64,000 nucleotides of DNA from Vampirovibrio sp. (GCA_024998755.1 JACEUU010000002.1:76783-140782), one strand, 5' to 3'; shown: positions 1 through 10,932, numbered from the stretch's first letter. Program-made: numbers and translations. The notes: generated by a model not told the origin, from the sequence alone.

Positions 1-2271
1 AGAGGCTTAAAAGAGTTTGCTATTTTTGGAACAGAGGGATTATCAGCATCCTACGCCAAGGAGGTATACTTTTCCAAAAATAGCTGTGGCGACTCATCGT
101 ATACTCCTTGGTTGGCTCTGATCGTCCCTACTATTCGTGACAATGTAGAGATCAGCAGTTGGGCAGATTTTGATATTTGTACTCCTTTGTATAATAATAA
201 TGTTCATGGTGTTTATCCAAGTGTCAATAACGATAAATGGTGGAAATCAGACCCTAAAAATACTACCGTTACTGTTATAGAAGATGTACCTTTCAATATT
301 AAAAAAGTTGGTCTGTTTCCCTTAAAGAAGCTCACAATTAAAGGTAAGCTTGAGAGGCAAAGCTCAAACAAGTTCTATGTTAACAGTTTAACGGCACTTA
401 CGAATATCCCTGATGTTCAAGTTTCTTGGACTTATCCTTTACCCAATAATATACTTCCGAATTCTTGGGCTATTTGGTCAAGCAATCCCTATTATCTTGA
501 CAAAGCGAAACCGTTCAAGATTTTTGATAATGATTATGGAACCGTTCCTATAATTCAAGTTAATTCAAGGTACTTTCTAGAGTTAAATAATAGTACAGAA
601 CCAAATCCAGTAAACCCTAGTTCCTGGAACGCACAACCTTGTGAATTGATTGCGGATGATGGTTCTTTTGATTCTCCTAATGAAAGCGTTACCTGTAATT
701 TTATTTCCACTGGTCTTGAACCTTGGCGTTATTCCGATGATTATACTCAGTATAACATTGAATTTAAGGAACAGGGCTTAACTAAAAAGAAATTCCTTTC
801 TCAACGCAACACTTTCATACGATCTGACTGGGCAACTGTACCTGTTAAAAAGTATGTTAACCCCACACCTATTGCTGGGGCTGATACCATTAACGCTGAC
901 AGTTTTTCCAGACCTTATGTTATTAGAGATAATAGTGAAAACTATCTCTTCTACAACCTGATTAAAACCAACGGGCTTAATCGAACTAATCAACTTTACA
1001 GTTTTAATCCAACCAATCAACAAGTAGTCGCTGGTCCGGTGGTTAATTTGTATTGGGGCGATGTTGCAACACTTCGGTTAGCACAGGGTAAACGCGTCCT
1101 TTCTTATTCACCTCATAATAAGGTAGCGGTTACGGGTAATACCAGTACATATGGTAATGTTTATGCTTGGTATTATGATCGTGTAGATCAACCAGTGGCT
1201 ACGCTTAAAACAGGGGGTGTTGGTTTTAATTCTGCACAAGCTAACAATGCCAATGCAAACTACATTGCAGACCCTACAAGTACCTTAAATGCTTATCAAA
1301 CGAATCTAACTGCGGTTACTTCAGAAGGGTCTACGTTATACACGTTAAATTCAGTTACTGGTACATTAACACGGTATGTAACGCGCCTTGGTCAATATAA
1401 CCATGTACGCCAAAGTGAAACCAAACTAACTAGTGGCATTGTTAATGCAAGTAGTGCTATAGCGGTTTCACCTATGGACGATGGTCTTTATTTGCTAGAT
1501 GCGGCGAATAGAACCGTTCGGTATTACGCCGATAGACGGATGGGAGACGTAGCAACAACTACTTCTGTGGCAACCTTGGGGGCTAAGTTAGGGTCTACTG
1601 CGGGTGCTTATGCCAAAATTTTATCGAACAATATGAGAGACTTTGAAGCATTGTTAGATACTAGTTCGAATCCACCGCCCTTTGATGACGTTGCCTCTTT
1701 CGGTGAATTGCAGGCTTGTATCACTAGCTGTACAAATCCAAGTGTGAATGAAGCTGCACAATATTTTGTTAATAATAAGGCTACAGTGTTTACACCAATG
1801 GAATCGATTTCTGACCCAGTACCCAATGATATATTTCATGTGAACGACTTAAATGCTTATGTAACTCAGCAAAATACAGGGGGGCTATCCGCAACACAAA
1901 CAACGGTAACCATTCCAACACAAGGTGTTGCACGTTCATTTACAACACCACAAGCAACTACGCCTACAGGGTTAGCGGTTTCAAAAGCAACAGGGCTGGT
2001 TTATGTGTTAGATTCTACTCTCGGCACAGTTACCGTGGGTACAACGGTTACTAGAACCTTAAATATTCACGTTTACAATCCAAATGGAACTTTCATTGAA
2101 ACCTTGGCATTAAATGTTTCCGACGACCAATTTGTCAATGATGATGATCGATTAGTGCCACAAAGCGGACAAATTATGCGTTTGACTTTAGATGAGAAAA
2201 AATCTCAGTTTTATGTTCACGTTGAAAATAATGGTAGAACTTACCAGTTTGGTGTAGACAGACAAATTTAA
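1..2271 (+). CDS. Large hypothetical secreted or surface protein, 5'-truncated by the window. Repeated Thr/Val/Tyr-rich beta-strand motifs (LYTLNSVTGTL, GLYLLDAANRTVRYY, LVYVLDSTLGTVTV) suggest an NHL/beta-propeller-like fold.
   Basis: The frame is open from nt 1 with no in-frame stop, so the TTG at 112 is unlikely to be the true start. Stop at 2269-2271. No family confidently recognised. Confidence 0.5.
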   Translation, partial: RGLKEFAIFGTEGLSASYAKEVYFSKNSCGDSSYTPWLALIVPTIRDNVEISSWADFDICTPLYNNNVHGVYPSVNNDKWWKSDPKNTTVTVIEDVPFNIKKVGLFPLKKLTIKGKLERQSSNKFYVNSLTALTNIPDVQVSWTYPLPNNILPNSWAIWSSNPYYLDKAKPFKIFDNDYGTVPIIQVNSRYFLELNNSTEPNPVNPSSWNAQPCELIADDGSFDSPNESVTCNFISTGLEPWRYSDDYTQYNIEFKEQGLTKKKFLSQRNTFIRSDWATVPVKKYVNPTPIAGADTINADSFSRPYVIRDNSENYLFYNLIKTNGLNRTNQLYSFNPTNQQVVAGPVVNLYWGDVATLRLAQGKRVLSYSPHNKVAVTGNTSTYGNVYAWYYDRVDQPVATLKTGGVGFNSAQANNANANYIADPTSTLNAYQTNLTAVTSEGSTLYTLNSVTGTLTRYVTRLGQYNHVRQSETKLTSGIVNASSAIAVSPMDDGLYLLDAANRTVRYYADRRMGDVATTTSVATLGAKLGSTAGAYAKILSNNMRDFEALLDTSSNPPPFDDVASFGELQACITSCTNPSVNEAAQYFVNNKATVFTPMESISDPVPNDIFHVNDLNAYVTQQNTGGLSATQTTVTIPTQGVARSFTTPQATTPTGLAVSKATGLVYVLDSTLGTVTVGTTVTRTLNIHVYNPNGTFIETLALNVSDDQFVNDDDRLVPQSGQIMRLTLDEKKSQFYVHVENNGRTYQFGVDRQI

Positions 2272-2384
2272 AGTGCCACAAGGCTTTTAACCTTAAAAAA
2301 AACTTACAGGCAGATTCTCTCTTTCTTGGAAATGAGCGGTCTGCCTGTAAGTTTTGGTATCAAACAATACTAGTTCAAAGCTTA

Positions 2385-2528
2385 AATAGCGTAAAATCTT
2401 GGAGCGGGAGACCACGAGGGTCTCCCCTACAAATCCCCCTCTCCTCTTGGGAGAGGGTTGGGGTGAGGGTTTTTCCCTTTATGGGCGAACCCTTGTGGTC
2501 GCACGACGATGATGTAAATCTAAACACG
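2385..2528. repeat. GC-rich palindromic intergenic repeat (family 2). Contains ccctctcc-tctt-gggagaggg and ggggtgagggttttt modules and ends in aaacacgctattt.
   Basis: Near-identical modules recur at 16900-17217, 28697-28773 and 54476-54567. Confidence 0.5.
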
Positions 2529-2675
2529 CTATTTAAGCTTTTAGTTGGTAATTAATAGCCCATACCAATCTTCCCCTCTAAATAGACGATGTTGAAACCC
2601 ATCACTTTTGCCGATACTTTACATATCTACTGCGATAGCAATACAAGCATTAAGCAATAAGGCGGTTTTAAGTAT

Positions 2676-3398
2676 ATGAATATCATTAAAACATTCACTT
2701 GGTTTCTTAAAGCAACAGCCATTGGTAGCTTCACGTTAGCCTTATTACTTATTGTGGTGGCTTATCGTCCTGAACCGCTAGAAGCCAATGCTCAAGCATG
2801 GCTCAAGCAATCTTCTCTTGGGCTTATTTCTCAGGAAGAACACGCATCAAACAAAACGGCTTCAAAGCCCACAGAAGATAATTGGGTTTTCGCTTCCATT
2901 GAACGCCTAAAAGGCTGGATGGAAAGTTTGCCAACAGCCATTCCCTCTGAAACGGATAAATCCGCTGTTGTGTTAAGCGTTCCTACTGCAACTGGGGTTA
3001 CCCACGCCGTAGTACCGATGGATTTGCAACCTAAAGCTTTATTTGTTACGGCAAACATTAATAATCGGCAAGATGGTAACTTTATTTTAGATACTGGTGC
3101 TACCTATATGTCTATTTCTAAAGAAATGGCGGAAGAATTGGGGTTGGATTTAACCCGCACTGAAATGGTGCCAATCACCACGGCTAACGGAAAGATTGAA
3201 GTACCGAAGGTGGTTTTGAAATCCGTCAAAGTCAATGGGTTAGAAGCCAAAAATGTGGAAGCGACCGTCATGAATTTTAAAAAAGATGCGTCATTTGCTG
3301 GGTTGTTGGGGTTAAGTTTTATTAACCAGTTTAAATTGACCATTGACCCCAATAAAGGGCATTTAATGTTTGAACCGTTGAAAACGTCTCAACGATAA
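2676..3398 (+). CDS. Retropepsin-like (clan AA, TIGR02281-type) aspartic protease with an N-terminal transmembrane segment.
   Basis: N-terminal hydrophobic helix, then the D-T-G-A active-site motif (FILDTGATYMSIS). Size is ~240 aa. Confidence 0.55.
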   Translation: MNIIKTFTWFLKATAIGSFTLALLLIVVAYRPEPLEANAQAWLKQSSLGLISQEEHASNKTASKPTEDNWVFASIERLKGWMESLPTAIPSETDKSAVVLSVPTATGVTHAVVPMDLQPKALFVTANINNRQDGNFILDTGATYMSISKEMAEELGLDLTRTEMVPITTANGKIEVPKVVLKSVKVNGLEAKNVEATVMNFKKDASFAGLLGLSFINQFKLTIDPNKGHLMFEPLKTSQR

Positions 3399-3596
3399 TT
3401 GCATCAAATAAGGCCAATAAAAATTAGAATTTAACCCATCGGCTTAAACCTTTTTGCCAATGAAGTGTTAATCGTCATTCGTTAATATAACATATATACT
3501 ATACAATTTAAATTATTTTGACTATCTACAAACCCAGAACATCCATCGAAGAATAAAGAGAGTTACATTAAAATAAAAAAAAGAGGACTTTCTGCT

Positions 3597-4397
3597 TTGA
3601 CCAATAGAACCACCAGACAATCTAACATTTCAACACCCCAGCAGCCTCAATTTACCGGTGCATCAGAACCACTTCAAGCCATAATTTTAGCAGGAGGTAA
3701 GGGGTCTAGGCTACAACCGCTAACCCAACATTGCCCAAAACCATTAATGCCTATTGAAGGTAAACCCATTTTGGAATGGTTATTATTGCAGCTAAAAGAC
3801 CAAGGGTTTTTAACGGTTACCTTAGCGTTAGGGCATCAAGCCCAGCAAATTCAAGATTATTTTGGGTCTGGCGAACGCTTAGGCATGACTATTGCGTATT
3901 GTTTTGAAACTGAACCGTTGGGTACGGCAGGTCCTTTAAGATTAGTTGAAAAATTACCCGAAAACTTTTTGGTGCTGAATGCAGATATTTTAACCACGCT
4001 TAATTTTAAAGCCTTAATGGTAGAACATATGGTGAATGGTCAGGTTGCTACGGTGGCGGTGCACCGGCATTTGGTGAAAAGTGAATTTGGGGTGGTGCAT
4101 TTCTCAGAAAATGATAATGAAATCATTCAATTTGAAGAAAAGCCAACACATACTCAATTTGTAAACATGGGGGTTTATGCTTTTAATAAGCAGGTATTAT
4201 CTGCGTTACCTAACAGAAAATGTTGTGGTATTGATGATTTGTTGAAAGGGTTACAAGCCCAGGCTATTGCCATTCATGCTTTTCCTTTTGAAGGGTATTG
4301 GTTGGATATTGGTAGGCCCACCGCTTACCAGCAAGCACAAATAGATGCTCCGACTATTTTGCCTGTGCATCAGGAAATGGCGATTGCCGTTAGTTAA
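3597..4397 (+). CDS. Sugar-1-phosphate nucleotidyltransferase (MurU/HddC/GlmU-N-like NTP-transferase fold).
   Basis: IILAGGKGSRLQPLT...PKPLMPIEGKPIL is the signature G-loop of NTP_transferase. The start is uncertain (TTG at 3597); there is no C-terminal hexapeptide domain. Confidence 0.55.
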   Translation: MTNRTTRQSNISTPQQPQFTGASEPLQAIILAGGKGSRLQPLTQHCPKPLMPIEGKPILEWLLLQLKDQGFLTVTLALGHQAQQIQDYFGSGERLGMTIAYCFETEPLGTAGPLRLVEKLPENFLVLNADILTTLNFKALMVEHMVNGQVATVAVHRHLVKSEFGVVHFSENDNEIIQFEEKPTHTQFVNMGVYAFNKQVLSALPNRKCCGIDDLLKGLQAQAIAIHAFPFEGYWLDIGRPTAYQQAQIDAPTILPVHQEMAIAVS

Positions 4398-4494
4398 GAC
4401 CCATATTAGTATCTGACACAAAAATTAACGTTTAAGTTTGTTAGTTCTCTTGGTTATTTATAGCTTCGAACCATATGCAGTTGGAGATAGTCTC

Positions 4495-4690
4495 GTGCGA
4501 GCGTAGCGAAGCAGAGCATTTAGGAAGCCTCTAGCTTCCGCTCAAGCCTATTTTCAACGTGCTAGCCAACCAATCAACCAGTTGTTCCCCTGGGGATTAT
4601 TAAGGGGGCGGCGAGCAGCCCTTTAATTTTGCGGGGGGTTTGGGGGGTACTCAAATAGTACCCCCCATGAAGCCCTAGCCCGAAGCGGTA
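4495..4690. repeat. Composite intergenic repeat (family 4) with poly-G/C blocks. It is an inverted copy of 19700-19925.
   Basis: gcgagcgtagcgaagcagagcatttaggaagcctctagcttccgctcaagcctattttcaacgtgc matches the reverse complement of 19845-19915 at about 85% identity. Both copies carry gggattattaaggggg-like G-runs. Confidence 0.45.
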
Positions 4691-4728
4691 ACTTTAAGAA
4701 GAATGAGTCATAAACTTTTAAAAACTCT

Positions 4729-6702
4729 TTATGCGTGGGTTGAAAACGTGGTGCTAGCTGAATGCTGTTTGGCAACAGGATTAATAAATAACTTGCCATT
4801 TCTGGGGTATAACGGAATTTTTCCTAACCGCAATAATGAAGGTAATTGGTTAGGCACAGGCTCATTGGGTTGTTTTTCTTGCAATTTTTTCTTAATGGCT
4901 TCAGCCACAATTTCGTTTTTAATAGCTTCTTTATCTACATTGGGCTTTAAGCGTTCAGGTATTGCTTCTCCAGAAAAATGACTAGCAGCCCAGTGTTGTA
5001 ATTTAGGCGAAGCCACCCCTAAAATGGCATAACTAACCACTAATGAACCGACTAAAGCAAAGGCTTTAGCCCCCATGCCTTTGTTAATTATTTTCGTTAC
5101 TTGGGCTTGGTCTTCGTACTGTGCCAGTTGGTTTAGTTTATGGAAGACGCCTTCCACTGTTTTGAAATTATCTAAAATGCCTTGTTTTGGGTTATTAAAC
5201 CCAAAGAAGGTTTTCACATGGTTGCTAAAACCTTTGACCGGCTCGTTTTTAATATCTGCCGCTTGGTTGAGGGGCTTTGAAATATCTTGCCCTAAAATTC
5301 TTTTTTCGTGGAACGGATTCAGATGCTCTAGCTTAAAGTTTTCATGCCAAACGGGTAATGTGCCATTGGCTATCAGTGTATCTATAATGACGTTTTCGCC
5401 TTTTTTGTAGGGCGTTTTTGCCATGTAGGTTTGAATGGCTTCTGCCACTTGGTCTTTTTTATTTAGCAGTACTTTAGCGTAATAGTTTTCATTGGGTTCA
5501 ATGGTGAATTTAGCGTGTTCTAACACATCTTGAGTCATACCCTTTGCCCATGAGGGTATTGGGGTGTTAATAGCATTTTGTTGAACCCTTTTCTCCGCTT
5601 CAGCACTTTGCAAGTGGGCTAAATCACCTAACTTAAGAGCATTGAGGCTTTCAATGTATGATTTTCTGAAATTTTGATTGGGCATGCCATAGTTTTGCCG
5701 TAAACTGGCAACGGCATCAAAGGAAAGTTCGCTAATGGGGGTGGCTTTCCCAAAGGTTTGCGATTCAAAAATGGTCTTTTTTAGGGCGTCATTCAGTAGC
5801 TGAGACCCAAAGTACACCATAAACACCAATATGGCTTCGTTTACTGCCCAACTTAATCTATCATAATTGCCTTCACTTTTCGTTAGTCTTCCGCCTGTAA
5901 TAAAGCCATCTACACCTAAATTGGTGAATGCAGGGTGGGTGTTTAAGAAGTCTACCGCTGCAATGGCATTGGTGGCTAAATCGGCTCCTTTTCTAGGGGC
6001 TGGGTTAGCGGTTGTGTTCTTCTTCTCTTCTTTTGTTGCTTTGGTGGTGTAGGTATTCGGTTCTTCGCTGGCATCTAAGGCAAACAGGCTAGGTTGCCAC
6101 TGTTTGGCTATATGTTGATAGAGTGCTTCTCGCTTGGCGTCGGACTTATTATGCGTCCGATGGTGTGCAAATTCCTGTAGTTTAACGCCAACCAAGTAGG
6201 AAGGTAAAATAACGGAAAGACCAATACCCACGGCTTGGGCAATTTTTCTGGTACTGGGGGGTATTTTGTCAAAACTTTTGCCGAGTGCTTCAAACCGTTG
6301 ATTGAGTTGCTTTTGCAGAACGGGTATATCTGCAAATTTTGATTGGCTGGTTTGTTTGATTGTTTGAAGCAAGCTTTTTTGTTCGGGCGAACCATCGGCA
6401 TTAATAAAGGGAAGCACGTTGGTTTGGTGTAATGCCCCTTCATACAGGTGTTTTAGTAAGAAAGAACCACCGCCCCAAATAAAGGCAGTACCCCACATAA
6501 TCAAGCTCATTTCCTGACCAAATTCAGGCGATTTTTGCTTGGCTTCGCTAATCATCCCAAAGTTTTGAAGGCTATCACGCACAATAAGCCCTGCTGGGTG
6601 GTTGGGGTTATCTAACGCAGCGGCAGCAGAAATAGCAGGCTTTGAAAAAGCCCAGTTTGCTAGTTGTGTTCCGCTGTTTGCTAGTGTAGAAACCATGTTC
6701 AT
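4729..6702 (-). CDS. Large hypothetical protein (~657 aa), possibly membrane-associated or an effector-like protein.
   Basis: Long ORF. The probable start is the ATGAACATG at 6702; the ORF track extends to 6765. No recognisable catalytic motifs. Confidence 0.45.
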   Translation of the reverse strand: MNMVSTLANSGTQLANWAFSKPAISAAAALDNPNHPAGLIVRDSLQNFGMISEAKQKSPEFGQEMSLIMWGTAFIWGGGSFLLKHLYEGALHQTNVLPFINADGSPEQKSLLQTIKQTSQSKFADIPVLQKQLNQRFEALGKSFDKIPPSTRKIAQAVGIGLSVILPSYLVGVKLQEFAHHRTHNKSDAKREALYQHIAKQWQPSLFALDASEEPNTYTTKATKEEKKNTTANPAPRKGADLATNAIAAVDFLNTHPAFTNLGVDGFITGGRLTKSEGNYDRLSWAVNEAILVFMVYFGSQLLNDALKKTIFESQTFGKATPISELSFDAVASLRQNYGMPNQNFRKSYIESLNALKLGDLAHLQSAEAEKRVQQNAINTPIPSWAKGMTQDVLEHAKFTIEPNENYYAKVLLNKKDQVAEAIQTYMAKTPYKKGENVIIDTLIANGTLPVWHENFKLEHLNPFHEKRILGQDISKPLNQAADIKNEPVKGFSNHVKTFFGFNNPKQGILDNFKTVEGVFHKLNQLAQYEDQAQVTKIINKGMGAKAFALVGSLVVSYAILGVASPKLQHWAASHFSGEAIPERLKPNVDKEAIKNEIVAEAIKKKLQEKQPNEPVPNQLPSLLRLGKIPLYPRNGKLFINPVAKQHSASTTFSTHA

Positions 6703-7234
6703 TGTGGATAAAATAACCTTGTTACAGTTGAAAAAGCTTAGACGATGATAGAACAACCCCCCCATTTAATCCCCTTGCTTTATGCTGGTTCTTCAGTAAC
6801 TGAAAAGAACCGGCATCAAAAAGAAAGGGTTCGGGGAAACCGCTACCTAGCTTTGTAACTAAACACTTGGATATGAAGAAATTAAGAGATGAAAAATAGG
6901 TGGTAACAGCAATGGGTGATTGATTATACTGAGAAAATAGGTGGTTAGAAAAGCCGTAGATCAATGAAAAGTGGGTTATTGAATTGCTGTTAGCGTCGTT
7001 TTTTTACTGGTTAATTCCCTATACTCTAGCATTGTTTGAAGCTAGGTAGGGCATTGTTCGTCGTTTTGATTGGATATTATTCATTAAAAAGCAAAACATA
7101 ATAAGTGAAAAACCTTCATTTGTAAAATGGTGTCTAATCGACACTTTTTAATTGTTACTTAGTAACTTACCATGCGAATAAAACGATTTCAAGCTTTTTT
7201 TGTGCTAGGCTTTTAATTAAGATTTTACCCTTTC

Positions 7235-7380
7235 ATACCATTTTCAAATTGGAATAGCGTTAGATGGATACTAGGCACTGTCAAGTAAAAAACCGCAGGC
7301 GTACACAGACGACCATTGAGGATTTTTTGCTTGACGGTAACAACGTAGACGCTGACGATAGTTCTATTTAAAATTGGTAT
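7235..7380. repeat. MITE-like element (family 1, copy A), ~146 bp with ~17-bp terminal inverted repeats (ataccattttcaaat.. / ..atttaaaattggtat) and an internal 13-bp-stem hairpin.
   Basis: About 90% identical to 37585-37731. It sits immediately 5' of the pentapeptide-repeat gene. Confidence 0.6.
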
Positions 7381-7406
7381 CAGTTGCTTTGGAGTTTTTT
7401 CCTCTT

Positions 7407-8018
7407 ATGTCTACAAACCCCATGTCGAATGCTCAAGTATTTACCCCCGAAGCGTTGGCTAATTTACCGTTGAAAGACCAGTTGTTTCGGTTGATTTTAG
7501 AACAACCGGATGGGGTTACCCGCTTTAATGCGTGGCGACAATCTACTGGGTTTCATGTGTTAGATTTATCGGAGCTTGATTTTACGGGCTGTAATCTTTC
7601 GGGTATTAATTTTTCTAATTGCAATTTGCTCAATTGCCAGTTTGAAGAAACCTTGTTGCATGAAGCTAAATTGGTTTTTGCGGTGTTGACGGGGTCGTTT
7701 TGTTTTAATGCTCAATTTTTTCAGGCTTCTATGGAAGAGGCTGATTTTAAGAATTGTGATTTAACAGGGGCTATTTTAACGGGGGTAGATGCGACGGAAG
7801 CCAGTTTTGAAGGGGCTACCTTGGTTGATGTTCAGGCTCAAGATGCGGACTTTACCTTGGCAACGTTTAAAAATTCAACGGTTCGGGATGTTGATTTTAC
7901 GGGGGCTATTTTGAAGCAGGCAAATTTCAAGGAAGCTACCTGCGTTGAATATTTGCAACTAGAAACCGCCATCATGGATGATACTACCCAATGGCCCGCA
8001 GGGTTTATTGCTCGGTAA
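7407..8018 (+). CDS. Pentapeptide-repeat protein.
   Basis: Tandem A(D/N)LxG-type pentapeptides (CNLSGINFSNCNLLNCQFEET...ADFKNCDLTGAILTGVDATEASFEGATL...). GGAG lies 12 nt upstream of the ATG at 7407; the track's TTG at 7374 lies inside the MITE. Confidence 0.65.
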   Translation: MSTNPMSNAQVFTPEALANLPLKDQLFRLILEQPDGVTRFNAWRQSTGFHVLDLSELDFTGCNLSGINFSNCNLLNCQFEETLLHEAKLVFAVLTGSFCFNAQFFQASMEEADFKNCDLTGAILTGVDATEASFEGATLVDVQAQDADFTLATFKNSTVRDVDFTGAILKQANFKEATCVEYLQLETAIMDDTTQWPAGFIAR

Positions 8019-8252
8019 AAGTGGGTTATGAAACTAATCGGTGTAAATTCATGTGAACGATAGAATCAAATCCTAACTGTCTCATACCAATGCACACTTT
8101 CGGAATGCTCGTAAAGATTGACCGAAGGTTGTCTTGTTCATGCCATGCTTTTTTTGTACAACGTCCCACGCAATCGCACCTTGAGACTCTGCCAGTTTAT
8201 CGAACCCGGTAGTCATGTGGGGTTATCTCATCAACTTGAATAGCAAAGGGAA

Positions 8253-9842
8253 CTAGGTGATGCTTTTTTCATAGCTGTGTAGGCTATGAACGCCCCCTTC
8301 AATGTTGGCGGCAATGCTACGCCGCTCAAACCGAAGTTCCCCACTATGCAGGGTTTCATGCAGTTGAGGTATGGATTGTATACCCAAATCTTGCAAGCCA
8401 TGCTTCATTCCCTGAATAATATAAGGCAAATACTGACGTAACGACCCTTTATCCATTACCGAACCCGTTACCCCTTGAGCCACCAAAATTTTCGATTGTT
8501 CACCAAAATACCGAACGCTAGACCCTTTGGTCATGGCTTCTTGCGAACCCATTCCTCTGTACTTCTTCAACCGAATGCCATCTTTGTAGAAGTATTCACC
8601 TGGAGCTTCAGCCGTACCAGCTAACAATGAACCCACCATCACGCAAGAGGCCCCAACGGCTAACGCCTTGGTTATTTGCCCCATGTTGGCAATACCACCA
8701 TCTGCAATAACCGGAATGCCAAACTGGCTAGCATACTTGGCTACATTATAAACGGCTGTTGCTTGCGGACGCCCAACGGCGGTTACTTCCTGCGTGGTGC
8801 AGATTGAGCCAACGCCCATGCCAACCCGTAACCCATCTACCCCAGCTTGAATTAGGTGATGAGCTTGCAGTTTGGTAACAATGTTACCGCCAATAATTTG
8901 TAATTGTGGGTGTGCTACTTTTAAGCGTTTAACCATGTTAATTTGAAAGGTGCTATCGCCTTGAGAAGAATCTATCACCAATACATCAACGCCTGCTTTC
9001 ACTAAAGCGTTGGCTCGTTCCCAGTCAGATTCTCTGGTACCAACAGCCGCCCCAACCCGAAGTCGGTCTTGGTCGTCTTTGGTGGCTTGCGGATAGTTTT
9101 GACTTTTCAGCAAATCGTTTCTTGAAATCAGTGCAACCAATTCGCCGTTGGCATTAACAATAGGTAGCTTGCCTTTTTTGCTAGCCTGCAATAAATGAAA
9201 CGCCTCACTAAGTGAAGAGCTTTCGTTGGCGGTAATAAGGTCTGTGGTCATTACTGCGTGAAGTGGGGTTTGCCTATCGGTTACAAAGTCAATATCTCTG
9301 TTAGTAACCATGCCTAGCAGTTTACCGCCCATTTTGCCTGTATCGGTAATGGGTACACTACTAAAGCCGTTGTTTTGCTTCATAATATCCATATCTGCAA
9401 TGGTATGATGAGACGTTAACACTTCAGGGTCTGTAATAAAGCCATTTTTGAAGCGTTTCACTTTGCGTACTTCAGCCACTTGTTCTTCAATGGTATTGTT
9501 ATAATGAATGAAGCCTAAGCCCCCTAGCAGAGCCATGTGTATTGCCATGGTGCTTTCAGTAACCGTATCCATAGGCGAACTTACTATAGGTATTGCCAAG
9601 GTTAGGTTGCGGGTTAATTTACTATTGAGTTTTACATCATTCACCCCAAAATCAATATGCCTTGGGTGCAGAATTAAGTCGTTATAAGTAAGCCCTTCAC
9701 CTTGGTTGAAAATGGTTTCGGCTGTGAAGCCATCGTCAAACGAAAAGGCATCGCAATGAAGCTTTTCTACAGGAAGGGCGGTATTAAAAGGGGTGTTATT
9801 AGGCATTGTGAGGGTTGGGTTTTCAGTTGAAACAAGTGGCAT
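8253..9842 (-). CDS. guaB: Inosine-5'-monophosphate dehydrogenase, eukaryote-type sequence, with CBS domains.
   Basis: Resembles animal/fungal IMPDH along its whole length (GLTYND..ILP, KVKR/KFxxGFITDP, [12 protein letters not shown]-terminus), with the catalytic GSICxT loop. The N-terminus carries ~30 extra residues; an alternative start is at 9806. Confidence 0.85.
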   Translation of the reverse strand: MPLVSTENPTLTMPNNTPFNTALPVEKLHCDAFSFDDGFTAETIFNQGEGLTYNDLILHPRHIDFGVNDVKLNSKLTRNLTLAIPIVSSPMDTVTESTMAIHMALLGGLGFIHYNNTIEEQVAEVRKVKRFKNGFITDPEVLTSHHTIADMDIMKQNNGFSSVPITDTGKMGGKLLGMVTNRDIDFVTDRQTPLHAVMTTDLITANESSSLSEAFHLLQASKKGKLPIVNANGELVALISRNDLLKSQNYPQATKDDQDRLRVGAAVGTRESDWERANALVKAGVDVLVIDSSQGDSTFQINMVKRLKVAHPQLQIIGGNIVTKLQAHHLIQAGVDGLRVGMGVGSICTTQEVTAVGRPQATAVYNVAKYASQFGIPVIADGGIANMGQITKALAVGASCVMVGSLLAGTAEAPGEYFYKDGIRLKKYRGMGSQEAMTKGSSVRYFGEQSKILVAQGVTGSVMDKGSLRQYLPYIIQGMKHGLQDLGIQSIPQLHETLHSGELRFERRSIAANIEGGVHSLHSYEKSIT

Positions 9843-10040
9843 AGGGACAAATAAAATCCTAAGATATGAAAAAAGAAAGCGAAAAGTGGTGGAGCCATCG
9901 TCAAGAAAAGTGGGTGGATAATGGTTTTAAATGACTAAGCCTATTAGCTAACAGAACAAGATACAATAATAACATATCATTAGCTTATTTCAAAGTATAT
10001 CATCTAAAAAAAATATGGCTATACCTTTACAGCTTAACTT

Positions 10041-10847
10041 TTAAATGCCATTATTTTGAATAAATTTAAGTAAGTCTGGCAACGAAGCAGAGGAATTACT
10101 GGTAACATTGTAACTATTGGCTAGCCCACCGCCCAAACCTAAGGCTTGAGCCTTTAATACATCATTTACCGAAACCCCTTGTTGCTGACGCGGCTGGTTT
10201 AGCGGTTGAACTTGTATTTGCCCTGTTTGAAACGGCATATTGGTGCCCAGCGGAGACCCTGCGGGAAATTGTGCTAAGGCGGTATTATTAGCTGTATCTG
10301 CAGCGGTATAAAAGGGTAAAATACTTTGTAGCCCCATAAAATTGAGTGCTTCTGGTGGGAAGTTTGAAAAATGAGGAATAACCGTTCCGCCTTGGATGGT
10401 GTTGACTAAATCAACAGGAATGGTGAGGTTTTTACCAAAATTTGGCGAAAGTACTTCGTTAAACAGGTTGGCTGAACGCCCTAAATAATCCAAGGCATTA
10501 TCTGTACCCGCATTATACAGCTTCGGGGCGATAAGTTGTTCGGTTAAGCCTGTGTGTTCAAAGGGTTTGGTGGCGTCTTGAAGATGGTTGCCCATTTTAG
10601 TGAGCCTTACAGGTGAAAAGAACGAACTAGAGCGAAGAAAACTGCTTTCAACATCATGGGTATAATTGTTGTTAAAGGCTATTTGTTGTTGCCATTGTGG
10701 AATATTGGTTGGAATTTTGCTGTTACCACGGCTAAACGTATCTTCTAGCCCTGTTAGCCACCCCATCCGTAAATTACCGAAGCCATTGGCTCCGTTAAGC
10801 CCTGCTCCGCCTGTGCCAAACCCTAAATTACCGCCTACAATGCCCAT
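10041..10847 (-). CDS. Hypothetical Gly/Asn/Gln-rich protein.
   Basis: ORF only; low-complexity N-terminus (GGNLGFGTGGAGLNGANGFGNL). Confidence 0.35.
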   Translation of the reverse strand: MGIVGGNLGFGTGGAGLNGANGFGNLRMGWLTGLEDTFSRGNSKIPTNIPQWQQQIAFNNNYTHDVESSFLRSSSFFSPVRLTKMGNHLQDATKPFEHTGLTEQLIAPKLYNAGTDNALDYLGRSANLFNEVLSPNFGKNLTIPVDLVNTIQGGTVIPHFSNFPPEALNFMGLQSILPFYTAADTANNTALAQFPAGSPLGTNMPFQTGQIQVQPLNQPRQQQGVSVNDVLKAQALGLGGGLANSYNVTSNSSASLPDLLKFIQNNGI

Positions 10848-10932
10848 GGTCTTTCCCTTTACTAGCTTTGCTACTGTAGGGGGTTTCGACTGATAGTGGG
10901 GTTGACCTTAGGTTTGTAACAGCTTTGTTGCA

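Noticed and set aside
1640-1690. GTTCGAATCC (tRNA T-loop-like) motif inside the first CDS
   Set aside because: No acceptor, D-stem or anticodon-stem complementarity could be built around it; it is a coincidence within coding sequence.
2385-2528. Possible CRISPR array from the recurring GC-rich palindromes
   Set aside because: The copies are not regularly spaced, are dispersed over 50 kb, have no uniform repeat-spacer periodicity and have no cas genes.
4703-6443. Several 60-111-aa plus-strand or nested ORFs within 4729-6765
   Set aside because: They are overlapped by the long minus-strand ORF and lack start-context or motif support.
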